Below, one piece after another: positions 37,004 through 49,658 of a stretch of DNA of 64,000 nucleotides. Position 1 is the stretch's first letter, and the number at the start of each line of letters is the position of its first letter. The notes below the pieces were generated by a model. It saw only the letters and a list, made by a program, of their open reading frames with translations. It ran no database searches and had not been told where the DNA came from. This stretch comes from Lepidodermella squamata (taxonomy: Eukaryota; Animalia; Gastrotricha). The position numbers and the translations under genes are program-made. The stretch covers positions 3,844,001-3,908,000 of the forward strand of contig JBLDXI010000009.1 of assembly GCA_047495785.1 (NCBI GenBank), read 5' to 3'.

Positions 37004-37486
37004 CTAGGCTCTAGCAAAATTCACGATGTTTGAAAAGCTGCTTTCTTGTGTAAAAAAAATAGCTCCTTTAGATCGTTGCCAATTGGAATTGAAATGAAAA
37101 TTGTCCACATGCACCTCAACAAGTATTAAATACCGTAATAATCAATTTGAATAAATTAATAGTCTTCTGTTGAACTTCTCATAACATTATTCTTCTACAG
37201 CTTCATCTCATGATGCAATGTATAGCGCAATTTCTAGTTTCCAAATGTACAGCTATTATAACTTATTCATCATTATTCTTGTATCTCTATCGCCTGCGTG
37301 CTAACGGGAAGCTGTTGATTTTAAGCACGGTGATTTGAAACGTAAAAAAACGTACCCTGCTTGCCTTTGTTTGTTGTGAGCAAGACGAAAGCGATTTCGA
37401 TTTTGGGGACAAAAAGCGAATAAAAATCCGCCTTAATAATTTTTCGATTTTTTCCGTAGCTCGTGCGACGATTATTTTTTATACAA

Positions 37487-38071
37487 ATGTATTTATACGT
37501 ACCGTACGCCGTGAATCCGGGCGAATTTTATGCCTTTATATCGCCCGATCGCTCTATAGCCGAGGTTCCGAAAATGATACGTGAAACCTGCGAAAAACTC
37601 CTATCGAATGGCGATGGAAAAATCGACCTGACAGAGTCGCCGAGTCAGAAAAATTTCATGGTGAAAATGGGTAACTACTGGTTGCGATGTGCGGACTCGC
37701 ATCCGTGCCCTGACAAGCCGGGCTATGTTCTAGTCACCCTAACCGATGCAGGCCGTCGGCAAATCCCGATTTCGAGCAAAAATAGCGCTGTTCGCATGAC
37801 TAAGGCTATTTTCGACTTCAAATCTCACAAATTTTCGCTGGCCGATGCTGAACCAGTAATTGATAACAAATTTTGATAAAATAGTTTTGATTATAATTTT
37901 TATCAGGTTTTAAATAGCTGGACGAAATCTGCGCGAGAGCTGTTTTGCGGTCTAACGACTGACAAAGTGTTTTACTCGCCAAATTATGGAAATTCGCGAA
38001 GTATAAGCCTTGTTGACCTGAAGTCGAATTTGAACATTGCGGATGAGCTGATTTCGCTTGGACACGCTAAA
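37487..38071 (+). CDS. Single extended-Tudor (Tudor-SN fold) protein, copy 1; 3' end unresolved
   Basis: Exons 37487-37855 and 37907-38071. VNPGEFY, YWLRC, VTLTDAG, FSLADAEP..SWTKSARELF, NIADELISLGHA follow the eTudor consensus. A terminal exon may end near 38235. Confidence 0.7.
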
Positions 38072-39138
38072 GTATGTTTTATTAGCTTTCAAAATAGGCT
38101 TAGGGTGTTTCTGTTCTGACTTGACTCTTGCATATAAAGACGTAGCAGGCACATCTTTACCGCCCTTCCCTTTATGGGGAATTTGGTTTAGAAAGCCGCT
38201 CCGCTCGGCCCCTTCAGCTTCTCTGTGATTGTTAGTAACGCGCCTAAGTCGTTACAGACACGAGTTGGTCGGACAAAAAATTATTGTTGTTTTTCTCTCG
38301 AAACGCTAATGTTTACTATGGAAAATGAAGCCATTTTTCTCATTATTCGACTTTTATTCAATTTACTTCTTAACAAATAGCTAGTGTTTCATTGCGCCCC
38401 GTCTTTCTTCTTTGCTTTTCCACCAGATTCTTCTGCCCCATCGATCGGGGCACTCGTTTTGACCCTTGGGCCGAGGAACTTCCGGCCGGGGCTGCAGCAG
38501 CTGCAATACCTCGTTTCCCGCCTCGAGACTACATGCTATAGTACCGGTTCGATTTCATTGAGATAACCGTTATAGGCAGGTGTAATAAATGAAAATCTAG
38601 ACATGCCGAAATTAGTTTCATTTTGTGATCTACGTTAGTTGCATTAGTAGCCGTTGTAGATGATGTCGATGAGAGTAGCGATACAAAAATGCGTTTGCTA
38701 AAATAGTTAAATGAGTTATTGAGCCGATTTGTTAGCATTAAAGAAGGCGTGAAAGGTCGCATGGCATGTGATCGTGAAATGGCGAGAAAATTCGCGTGCC
38801 AGGTCGCACTACATAGAAGACGGAGCTGTAGCCGCATGTGTTCCCATGGGTTCTTCAGGTCGGGGTTCCACTATTGGCCTCACTGCTTGGCGATTGGATT
38901 GTTCGTTTCGTGGCCACCCCAATCAACTCTTCCGAACAAAATTTCAAAATTATCGTCCAGATAAACAAGGCCGTCGATTTCATCATGGCAGATACCAACT
39001 TCGAGAATTGTGAGCTTCTAGAGAAGTAGCACCAGCCAATGAAGTCCGCGGGTAACAATATCGTGATCGGCAACACAGCAAGTACGAGACTTCACCTTGT
39101 TTATGAATTGCTCCTTTGTGACGCATTATATCCGTGCG

Positions 39139-40107
39139 TCAAGTCGGCTTAAATATTGCAAGGGAGAAAGGGTCGATTGGTCGATTGGCTGGGCAGTTGA
39201 AGCGATAAGCAAATCTTACTGGCGAGCTGGTCACTGTCAAGGAAAATTGATGGTTCGCATTCGGAAAGACAGTATTCACAAGCAAGATCAGAGATAGATG
39301 TAATAGGATCGAAAATCCTTGGCTGACCAAGACTAGTAGTAGAAGAAGCTGAATCACAGTCTTGAAAGTCCCATTCGAGAGCATCCAATTCAAAATTTCC
39401 CGATTTATAAATGTTGGTGTAGTGCTCAAGATTTGCATGGCGTAGAAGGCCTGGTTATCAGAAATGGCGATTGTCAGCTGTCGAATAGCGTTGCCTTCGT
39501 GGTCCACAACTTGGAGGCCGTCGGACCGCAGCGGGCTGCACGTCTGGAACTCACGAGGATTAGTATTATCGACCCTGGCGAATCGCCGAATTTCGTCGAT
39601 CGCAACGGCATCAGCAATGGTGAGGATGACATGATTCACCGCAGTCGGCACATGAACCCTGGTCATTTCTATGCATGGCGCACAGAAGAAAACGGTACAT
39701 TGCCGACAAAACACGACGGCTGATTGTTTCCTCGGTGGTGATCGCATGTGGCATGCAGTGCAGAAAACGACCGGCTCGCTCGGTTTTACGTACTTGACTA
39801 GTCTGTGAAAGACATCGGGTGAAGGCTCGTCGAGGTACCACTCCTGATCAACGTAGCGACAGAAGACCACTGGGCATCGCCTCGCGGGAAATGTCGACAA
39901 ATCGCCAGCGCAGCAGTTAACGGCGCACATCGGGCAGATGCAATGCCGGCATTTCGGATATTTGATGAAGTAAGCACGCAATTGACCGCATTCGGAGCAT
40001 CGTCGCTCGGTGACGTCGACGTCGCCTGCCTCCGGTAGAGGTTCCAGCTTGGCGTCGGCATCAAAGTCGAGCCGGCGCGTTGCTGAATCGACTTGGGGTG
40101 CATGAAT
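39139..40107 (-). pseudogene. Start-less TRIM-like RING + B-box1 gene fragment
   Basis: The frame of ORF 39139-39981 stays open upstream to about 40107, completing a C3HC4 RING (CSEC..CRHCICPMC..CPVVFC) followed by a B-box (CTAC..AVVFCRQCTVFFCAPC..H..H). In-frame TAA upstream and no ATG before the RING. Confidence 0.7.
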
Positions 40108-40208
40108 TTAAACTCGTAGAGTTCAAGACGCTTGAGCTTTTGAAAATTCCATTCGAAGCATCGAATTCAAAATTTCCCGATTTATAAATGTTGGTGAAGT
40201 GCTCAAGA
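39362..40208 (+). repeat. About 70-bp direct repeats (39362-39431 and 40140-40208) bracketing the RING-B-box segment
   Basis: ttgaaagtcccattcgagagcatccaattcaaaatttcccgatttataaatgttggtgtagtgctcaaga recurs with 4 substitutions and 1 indel. Confidence 0.9.
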
Positions 40209-41122
40209 CGAGCCAGTGAAACGATCGAGGGGTTCGAACCGCCGACAACGTTTTTTTTCGCGGAAAAATATGTATCTATCGACGGCGGCGGGCGTCATTT
40301 CGCGGCATGGGGCGCGAGGGGACGGCATCGAATCAAGATTCAAGATTCAAGGCTGGAAAAACAGCAGCGGTTCGACTTGATCGAGCGTCGAAATCGCAGA
40401 ACGCGAACACTCGAATTGCGAGGCCGTGATTGGCCCGCGAGAATCGCTTGAGAGCAAATGAGTGCCCTAATTCGGGCCGCCCAATTTAGGGCGGGGGTCT
40501 AAATGATTTCGTAGATGGTAGAATTTGTTCTCCATTTTTATTTCCGATATAAGTAATAGGATAGGAAGAATATCCTTGTTGAAGGTCATGGGCGATGCCG
40601 ACTAGATCATTATACATTCTGCTTGATAGCAACATGAATGTGAAATCCTCATATTATTGAGCTTAACTATACGCCACCAAAAATGAATTATCGATCATTT
40701 TTTTCTGATTTTTTTTAGGGCAAAAGCGCCAGTCAATCACGCACTACGGCTTCGAATCTCCCAATCGATGCTCAAATTTTTTTCGAGCGGAACGGCGGCT
40801 TCCAGGCAGACACATCTGAAGTCGAGTCATCGCCAGTCGAGATTCTCAAATGTCTTGCCAGTGCTCAGAAGAAATTTTGACGAACTGTGTTGTTGTTGGG
40901 GCCCAAGTCTCGAATTTTTCGGTTTTTTATTCAAGTTTCCGGTTTACAGGGAAATTTTAATAATTCACGAGGCTTTTCCGCGATGTATTTATCGGCGTCT
41001 TCGTTGTTTTTTGTTACTTCCATGAAATCTCATGGTACTTGCATTTTTGCTTTAAGAGTTTATCTCAAAACAAGGCTCATTGTTTAATCTAAAATCCGGA
41101 TATTTGTCTTGTACATACATAG

Positions 41123-44100
41123 ATGTATTTACTAGTATCAAATGCCACATCTCCGAGTGAATTTTACGGATTCACATCGAGCAGTCCGTTTTTCCTCCAA
41201 GCCCCGCATTTAATCAACTCAATCTGCGAAGAGCTGTGGAAACGAGAGAATGACGGCCGGGTTGATCTCGCGAAAGTTTTCTCCCTGAAAAAACGCGGTC
41301 TCAGAAATGTGATGGTCAAACTGGCGCAAAATGCGTGGATCAGGTGTGAAGTTGTTGAACGCAGCGATTCGGCTGGTGGCCAGGTAACAGCGACGTTGTA
41401 CGACAGCGGCCGGCGGCTGGTTCTACCTACTACAACCCCAGCGGTTAAAATGGCTCAGTCCATTAAACAGCTACAAGCAAACAAGTTTTCATTATCAGAT
41501 GTTGAGCCGGTAAGAATTTTTTTAGCTGAGGATTCGAAACAGATATTGCTATAAAATGACCCAAATGGCAAGGTTTTCGTCTCTAAATAGCCAAACAAAG
41601 CATCCGCCGCTCTTCTCTTTCCCTAGCTATAAATTCATCCAATTCCTACTCGATAATTAAACCATTTGATCGAACAATAGAAAGGTGCTGGTTGGCGAAA
41701 TATCCGGTTGGCCTTGACCGAGCTAAAAAAGCTCAGCGAAATTGCTACTTACATTGAGAGGCAATTTACACTTAATTTACGGGTATAAACTCTCAATTAA
41801 AATAACTTGTAAATATTGCCTAAATTTACGCTTGAATTTATTTTAAACTTCAATGTTTACCTCAATTTACGCGTCGTCAAACTACGCCGACCACGGACGC
41901 CCTGACCACGTTTTCCACCACGGCTGTCTCGACCACCAAGGCTCTGTTTGAATTTCTTCTGCCGCAGATTACGAAAGATTGTGTGTAACAGACCTTTCTG
42001 AAAAATGTAGAATGTAAATACGACGAGGCTGTGGATTCAGCAGAAACGTGTCCAATTTTCGAGCGGGTTAGAGTTGTCTTCGAATAACTGACTTCCAGGC
42101 CATGCCTCGGCCAAATATGTTGCCAAGTGGACACTCAAATCCGATTTGATCTTTGTGTTTTCGGTACAAGGTAGAGCACTGATTGAGCATCGAGATTTCG
42201 CCAGTGCCGCGTGTAAATGGTGTAAACGCGCGAGCTAAATATTTCATTGATTATGCGAATCAGCCGCGATTTCAGTAATATGCGGAGTGGAAGGAGGGGA
42301 AGCTTTGACTTTGAAAATTATCGCACGTCAAATAACAACACAGTGAATTTATTCCACTATAAATTCTGAGAAAAGAGTCGGTTGCACTGCCATTTGGTTT
42401 CATTTTCTCCAATCTTTTCAATCATTCGCTAGCTGTATGACTCTGATTTCGCGGAGCCTAATAAAGTTCATCCAACTGTATGACACGTTGGTCACCCACA
42501 CCAAGGCATTACGCTATGGTTATTAACATCCGAATTCTTGCCGCCGCTGTAATTGCGGTAATTGCGATAATCACAAAAGCCGATGTGCCGACGGCCAGCT
42601 AAATTTTGGCCATTCGTATGGCCAAGCCGTCGGCTACAGCGTTCGCAACACCATGCCAAGGGCTCTTTTTACCAATAAAGTTGAAATTTATTTAAAATAT
42701 AGTAAGCTTTCGGCGTTTTTAAAGAGTGACTTTTCGGCCCTCTCGCGAGCCATCATCAGACTAGAAAAGAAAGAAATCAACAAAGAAACTCCACCACAAA
42801 ATTATGAATAGCACTCAAATTTGATTTAATCTGATTGCACGTTTAGGCTCAATGCTAATCTGATTTTCTTTTTTTTTGAAGTTTTGAAATATCAATGAAA
42901 CTTGACATTTTTTAAATTCCTATTCGTGGCGAGATTTTTCCACGAACTGCTCTTAATTATGGGTCGATATGTAAGCAAAGTGGTACAAACCCAGCATCAG
43001 GGTCATAGTCAAGCTCAAATATCGCCACGAGTGCCACCGGCCATGCTACAGTAGAGTTATACCCAGCCGCTAATGCAACAACATCAAGTTTTATCCGCGT
43101 TCTACCATGGAAAAAGGCGAAGAGGCAGAGTTACCTCCTTGGCGAAGCTTTCATCTGACCACGATACGTTCAGAACCATGATATTGTTGAACTCTTTAAC
43201 TGACTGCGATTTGCCCGGTCTCAGAGATGGCGATGAGCCCATTTCGAGCATTTTTGTATCAGATGGTCGTATCACGCGAGTTGCCAGACGGCATGTGTAC
43301 CGAGTTCGGTTTTCTACCTCGTATTGGATTGAAAGAAATCAGGTTTTATATAAATGAAGGCGATATGGGGCAAACTGTGTCCCTCTCCTCATTGCGCATA
43401 CGCTCCGACAGCATAAGATTCTTTCGCATTAGCCTATTTCTTTACAAACCCAAAATCAACATCGAAACTGAAAAAATTGAGTCGCTGCCGACCGTCATGC
43501 TGCTGCAACGGACTCCAACTCTCACGGTGACGTAAACAGACTATCCAAAAGCCAAAATCTGCTCGAAAAGAGTTGCCTTGCACGAAACGCAATAGCAGTG
43601 TTGACTGACAAATTAAGGCGATGGATTCCAGAATTTCATGGAAATATAAATGAGTGAGGAATTTTCGGAATATTATTTTACGGAAGTTATCTAAGCCGGT
43701 AATTTAGAAGAAACGTGCGTAGTTTGGGCTGAATTAGCCATATCCCAATCATTCAAGTCAGCAAATGCCCATCCATCGCTCAGTAAGGCTCGAGCAATTT
43801 GAGGTATTAAAGTGTCCGAGCTGCGGTCAATTGGTCCGATAAAACTGATCTGTCAATTCTGCTATCTTCGGAGAATTTAACAACTAATCTACGGAGACTA
43901 GCAACTTTTGACATTTTTTCTTAAGTTTAAAAAAAATCAAGCTTTCACATTCATCGACAAGAATCGAAAATGGAACTAATACGTTAGATGTTAGCCGGGA
44001 AAGTTAGTTGGCTGCTTGGATTAGGGTCTGCGAGTTGGCTCGCTGTGATTTGGCCTGTGAGCTTCGCTTTTACTGATTTCGACTCGACTTCGAAGTTGGC

Positions 44101-45551
44101 GAGATACTTGCTTGCATTATTGCTTCCAGTTCGCTTTGTCATACTTCCATACCGCCAGGGTTCAGCTTGGTTCGAGGTGTAAAACTACACCTCCTTGAAT
44201 AACGAGTCGCGTATTTGTTCACATATTGAGTTACGGTCCGTTGAGTTACGCATTTGCTCATACAGTCGGTCGACTAATTGTTTTGCATTTTCGAGATCTT
44301 CTTGGGCGTTTCGTAGAGCTTGGTCCCTTATGATTGAAAAAGAAATGCATTTGTTATTGATCGAGGGTTCCTCCACTGATGTGGGTCGGCTCTTTCACGA
44401 TTTTTTTCATCCCAAATTGCTTTGTAGTGCGGCATAACGACGTGTAGGAGTGCCGATTAAGGTCGCCGATGACCAGGTTGCAAACGGGCACGACCTTGTC
44501 TTGAATCCGACAGAGCGAATCTTCGAAAAGACTGTGGCGCCATGTAGTCGTTCGATCACGCCCTCCCATAGCGGCGGGACGTGGCACCGGTCCGGCAGAA
44601 ACTTGTTCCGCGGACGAAATTCCACCGTAAACTGGGTGCCGTTAGGATCCGCAGCCGAGGGCTCGGGCAAGATGACCGGGCAACAGGCGTTCGGCGAGTT
44701 TCCGGGCTCGATCAGGCCCCGCTCGCGCAAATCGGAGGTGCTTACGCAGTTCAGAATTCCTGGGTGGGCCCATGTTATGGGTAGGTCAGTCGGAAGTGTG
44801 AAGTCGGAAAAAGCCGAAACTCAGCGGGATAACACGACCCGCCGACGAGGTCTAACCTACCTAATGAGGCGCTTACTAAGTCAAAATCAAACGAATAAAT
44901 CGCGTAAATGTTGATAAAAGTTCTTAATTATGTGCTGAGCGGTTTATTAACTATATTAATTTTTTTCCTCCGAATTTCATAACATCTGAAAATTACGTAT
45001 GAGCTTGGAACCACTTTTTCGAGAATTGCAAACTAAAAATCGTTGGACTCAATGGTTACTTGTTAATTTTATTGTATATTCTTTTAGATATTGGGCGAGA
45101 AATCTTCGTGGACGAAGTCGTGCAAGGATATATTCTCGACCATCACCTTGAATCAAGTTTTCCTCTACGAAGTTGTGTCTAATCAAGCTGGAACCGCCCA
45201 AGTATCGCTTATCGACCCGAAATCCGGTGAAAACGTCGCGTCGAAGCTGATCAAATTGGGCGTTGCAAAGTCTTCAAAAGCGCCTGTTTATTCACCCGAG
45301 ATCGAGGTCAAAAGTAATAAAATAATTTTTATTTTGTTTGATTTTTATTAAATTTAATGTGGGCTAGATTTGCCTATCGAAGCGCAAGTTTTCCTCGAGA
45401 GATCCGGCGGGTTAACCTTGAAAAAAGACACCGGTGTAACTGAAGTATCTGTCACTGATATTCTACGCGCTGTCAATAGTAAGCTTCCCATTGGCCAGAA
45501 TTTGTGAATAATTGAAATTATTTTCTTTCAGCTCTTAACATTCGTCGTTAG
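41123..45551 (+). CDS. Single extended-Tudor protein, copy 2 (4 exons; 3.6-kb TE-filled first intron)
   Basis: join(41123-41509, 45088-45313, 45369-45478, 45532-45551). ATSPSEFYG, AWIRCEV, TLYDSG, FSLSDVEP..SWTKSCKDIF, NVASKLIKLGVA. First intron is at the same position (after EP) as in copy 1. Confidence 0.8.
44350..44984 (-). mobile_element. Degenerate Gypsy-like remnant: LTR, PBS and RT fragment, abutting an APE/EEP endonuclease fragment
   Basis: TGTTATG...CATAACA inverted termini define a 212-bp LTR (44773-44984), followed on the minus strand by PBS-like TGGGCCCACCCAGG. Then RGLIEPGNSP..PV / LHGATVFSKI (RT), and in another frame VIGDLN...EPTHISGGTLD (EEP). Confidence 0.7.
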
Positions 45552-46775
45552 AGGGGGACTATCATTTCGTGAAGAAGAGAAGAGAATTCTCATTGTTTGC
45601 CGCCTCTGTGGTCATTCCATTGTTGTCTGTTGTCTGACTATTTTTCTCATTTTTTAACTCGTCATAATAAAATTACAAATACTACTTACGAATACCATGG
45701 CAATACCGTTAAAGTGCAGTTATAGCTTTTTATATTGCCTCTGTTATAAAATCTGATATTACCCGTGAAATTCATTTCGAAGTGAATGAATAAAAAATAT
45801 GGCTTCTTTCGGTGAAAAATGGGCGTTTTTAATCCTTTAAAATAAAATAGCGTTCTTCAACTTGAACGTCTGAAATTCAACAGACAGAAGAAAAAAATAT
45901 TTGGAACCACGCTTGCGATATTTTTCAGATGCCTAGAAAACGACATTAAGCAAGAGGGCGTCGTTAAAGTTTTAATTGTAATGGGCTGCGGTCGGCCGAA
46001 AAATGTCAAAAGCTGTCTTTCTGCCCCCTGCATGTATTCATTCATGTTAATTCCGACCATAGCTCACGTATTCGTGAAAAAAGTGGTGCTTATATAGTTG
46101 CGGTTTTTACAAGGCCTCGTTTATACGAACCGGTTTCACGTATGAAAGCCTCAACAGCAGTACTTCCATTCCAATTCGAACATGAAGCATCAATCCACGC
46201 TGGGCGCTGGTAATTACAGTTGTATATTGCTTTTATTCCGCTATTTAATATATCGCCGAACAACCTTGCATGCCGATAATTCCTGTGCTACACGATGATC
46301 AGGAAGCGCGAGAAAAAACGCAGCGCAAATAAAAAAATCCGCCTTAAGATTATTGTGCAAGGTAAACAACTTTTTCATGCAATTTTTTCGGCAAAAAATT
46401 CTCATACTCGCCGAAGTACGCATTTTATCGACATTACGCTGGCTATTTGAATAGCTGTTTCACCACTCATCGAACACCTTACCATGCTTCATTTATAAGC
46501 AATATTTGTTGAAGGCTATAAACGCAACATTTAAATTGTCTGGATTTTGTGAAATTCTGACCTTTAAAATTTTATGAGACACCTATCTGAAAAGCCAAAG
46601 GATTTTTTATCTTATCTATCCCAAGTATAATGTCTGAGCGTCTTATCTTTTGAGGAGAATTGAGAGCACCGATCACATGTATATAGTATAATAGGGAACT
46701 TACTTTTTACACCGCAACTGCCTGATAGAAAGCCGGAACATTTACTCAGTAGCTAAAGACTCGGCGAGAATCATC

Positions 46776-48158
46776 ATGTTTGCCGAAGTTATGTACTCCT
46801 ACCTGGCTTGGGAAATCGGCACTATCTCATGGCTGCAATCACTTTTCACGCAGTATGGCCTCTACGAAGTTTTCCCTTACATCACCCTGCTGGGTGACAC
46901 GAGATACTGCTTCGCAATCTTCTCACCTCTCGCGTTCATTTTCAGCCCGGGCCTCGGCGAATCTGTGCTCATGATGACAGCGCTTGCTGACCACGTTAAT
47001 AACGTGCTAAAATGGCTGCTTTTTGGACATCGGCCTTACTGGTGGGGCGAGGAATTCATACCTGAGGATATTCGGCCTGAAATCAAGCAACACCGGTGGA
47101 CATGCGAGTCTTCACCCGGATTCCCCTCAGGTGAGCAGCAATTATTGTCCATTTTTCCAGGTTAATTTATTACCTTATAATTAGGTCATGTTTTGGTTTC
47201 TATGGTGTGCTATTTTGTGTGGATTAAGCACGTGACAAAAGGCAAGCCGAAACATTTTCGGATAGTCGCGACGTTGTTCTTCCTATTCATCACCTTGATC
47301 GCTCTTTCTCGCATCTCACTCGCGGCGCATTTCATCCATCAAGTCGTTCTCGGCTCATTAGTCGGCGCCGGGTTATGCCTACTCATAAAATCGACTGATT
47401 TCACGAAAAAAGTGCGCTCGCACACCCTGCTGACAGCTGGCATCGTCTTCACGTCTGGGTTCACCATTTTTCAAATCCTCCACTTTTACGGCTTCGAGCC
47501 ACACTGGGCTGAGGTTTTCGCGCTCAAGCATTGCTACGACAAAAAGTTGGTCCGCATCGATACGGCGCCGCTTTACTCGCTGGTTCGCAATTCATCATGC
47601 ATAGTCGCAGTTTGGATTGCGAGGCAAATCGTGAAGCGGAGTTCGGAATCGAGAATATCTCGCCGGGCGGAGTTTTTAATCAATCTTCTATTTTTGCCAA
47701 TTCTATTTCACATTGACCGGACAATTCACTTGCCAAGAAGCAGCCCATATTTCTACTTGGTAAGCTATTTTCAAAATAAATTTTTGAACATTTCTTTCTT
47801 GAAGATAAATTACCCAAAATTTGGGAAAAAACTATTTTTTCGATTTTTCGAAGAAAAAATCAGAATTTTTAAGCAAATTTCGCAATTGTATAACAGTTGT
47901 ATGATTTTTTTTTTGTTTTTAAAACAAATTATTAAAAGTTCAGAAAAGTCATTCTAGTTCAAAAAACTTAAGATTGCGCCAAAACTGAAAAACGGAAAAT
48001 TAAAATTAATTGTATTTCTTAATTTTTATATTTAGATTGCCTTTGTTTATTGGTCTTTGCTACCTGGCATCACTTTGCTGCTGAGAAATTTTGTTGAATT
48101 AGTTATCAGGCAATTTACGTCGGGCAAACCGGTTGGATCTCTGAAGAAATCCCGATGA
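46776..48158 (+). CDS. G6PC: Glucose-6-phosphatase paralogue b, 3 exons
   Basis: join(46776-47130, 47185-47759, 48036-48158). KWLLFGHRPYWW, TCESSPGFPSGH, SRISLAAHFIHQ. Ends KKSR (KKxx ER-retrieval signal). Confidence 0.93.
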
Positions 48159-48494
48159 TTCTTGTTGAAGAAAAAATAGAAAAATAGCTTGAGATTTATG
48201 AGTGAAAATAATTATTATCTATTAATATTCTTTACTTTTGTTCTTTTCTGTCGCATCAATGCGACTCGTGCACGTTGCTGTTGTCCATTTTACCTGGTTG
48301 AAATGCAATTGTTCCAACTTCCTTTGTGCTCTTGCGGGACATTAACTGAAAAATTCTTTCGCCAAACGCAAACGAGACTTGCAAACTCCACGAAAACGCT
48401 TGCGTTGATATTGTGTTGGTTTATCAAAATTAAAAAGAAATAACTTTTCTACAACGTTCTGACTTGTAGTTTATATTAGGTTTAATAATACAAC

Positions 48495-49581
48495 ATGAAT
48501 AACCAACTTTATTTCGTGATTTGCGCCGGTGGCATTTTCGTCTGCTATTTCTACTTCGGAATCGTTCAAGAGGACATGTAAATTATTGTTGATTAAATTG
48601 TAATTTTTTCGAAATTTTCGAAATTATTTTTAGAACTAGCCACAAATATACGGATGCCGACGGCAAGGTGGAACGATTTACATTCACGCTATCGCTAGTA
48701 TTTTTTCAATGCCTTGTGAACACCCTATTCGCAGCTTTATTGACAAAACTACGAGGCAGTGAACAAAGCGAAAAACCGGGCGCCACTTGGTCCAACTACG
48801 CTCTAATGGCCATCTCGTACGTGGGCGCGATGCTCGCGTCAAATCACGCCCTCCAACACGTTTCATACCCGACTCAAGTGATAGGAAAATCGATCAAGCC
48901 AATTCCGGTTATGATATTTGGAGTAATTTTTGCTCAAAATCGATACCCGATTTCGAAATTTTTCTACGTGCTGACCATAACAGCTGGCGTTGGCCTATTC
49001 ATGTATTCCGGCAAGGCTGTGAAAGCGCCTCACTCCAATGATGATTCATTCATTCCTTACTTCGGCGAATTGCTGCTCTTGGTCTCTTTGGGCCTCGACG
49101 GCGTCACGGGAGCGGTTCAAGATCGAATTCGGCATAAATTCAAACCATCTGGAATGACTCTGATGCTGAAATGCAACTTTTGGGCCACAATTTACCTTGG
49201 ATTAGGTAAATAAACTTTGGAATTTTACCGAAATTTAAAAATGTTAATTTTTCGATAGCTATGGTAATTACGGGCGAAATCGGAGTATTTTACGCATTTT
49301 CGCAGCGTCACCCAATTGTCGTCTACAAACTCATGTCATTCAGCTTCGCCAGCGCTCTGGGGCAAAATTTCATTTTTATGACAATTTCACATTTCGGACC
49401 ACTTGTCTGCTGCATCATCACAACGACGCGGAAATTCTTCAACGTCCTCGGCTCAGTGCTACTTTTCGGCCATCCTCTTGCCCCGCATCAGTGGATTGGC
49501 GTTTTTTGTGTCTTTCTCGGACTTGGACTCGACGCAGTTTTTGGAAATCAACCAAAAAAAGATGCGAAAAAGACAAATTGA
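48495..49581 (+). CDS. SLC35B1: Solute carrier family 35 member B1 (ER nucleotide/ATP carrier), 3 exons
   Basis: join(48495-48577, 48634-49205, 49259-49581). GIFVCYFYFGIVQE, ALQHVSYPTQVIGKSIKPIPVM, DGVTGAVQD, ITTTRKFF. C-terminal KKTN. Confidence 0.95.
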
Positions 49582-49658
49582 TATTTTCTTCTTTCGATTT
49601 ATTCTTGAAAATAAATTTTATTGAATCTAGTAATCAGCAATTATATAACCGGGCTGAT

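Noticed and set aside
38700-39300. Overlapping short ORFs upstream of the RING-B-box fragment
   Set aside because: Looks like decayed coding or transposon sequence, but no family motif could be identified.
40218-40240. GGTTCGAACCC B-box-like motif as a tRNA or SINE
   Set aside because: No A-box or cloverleaf stems could be built around it.
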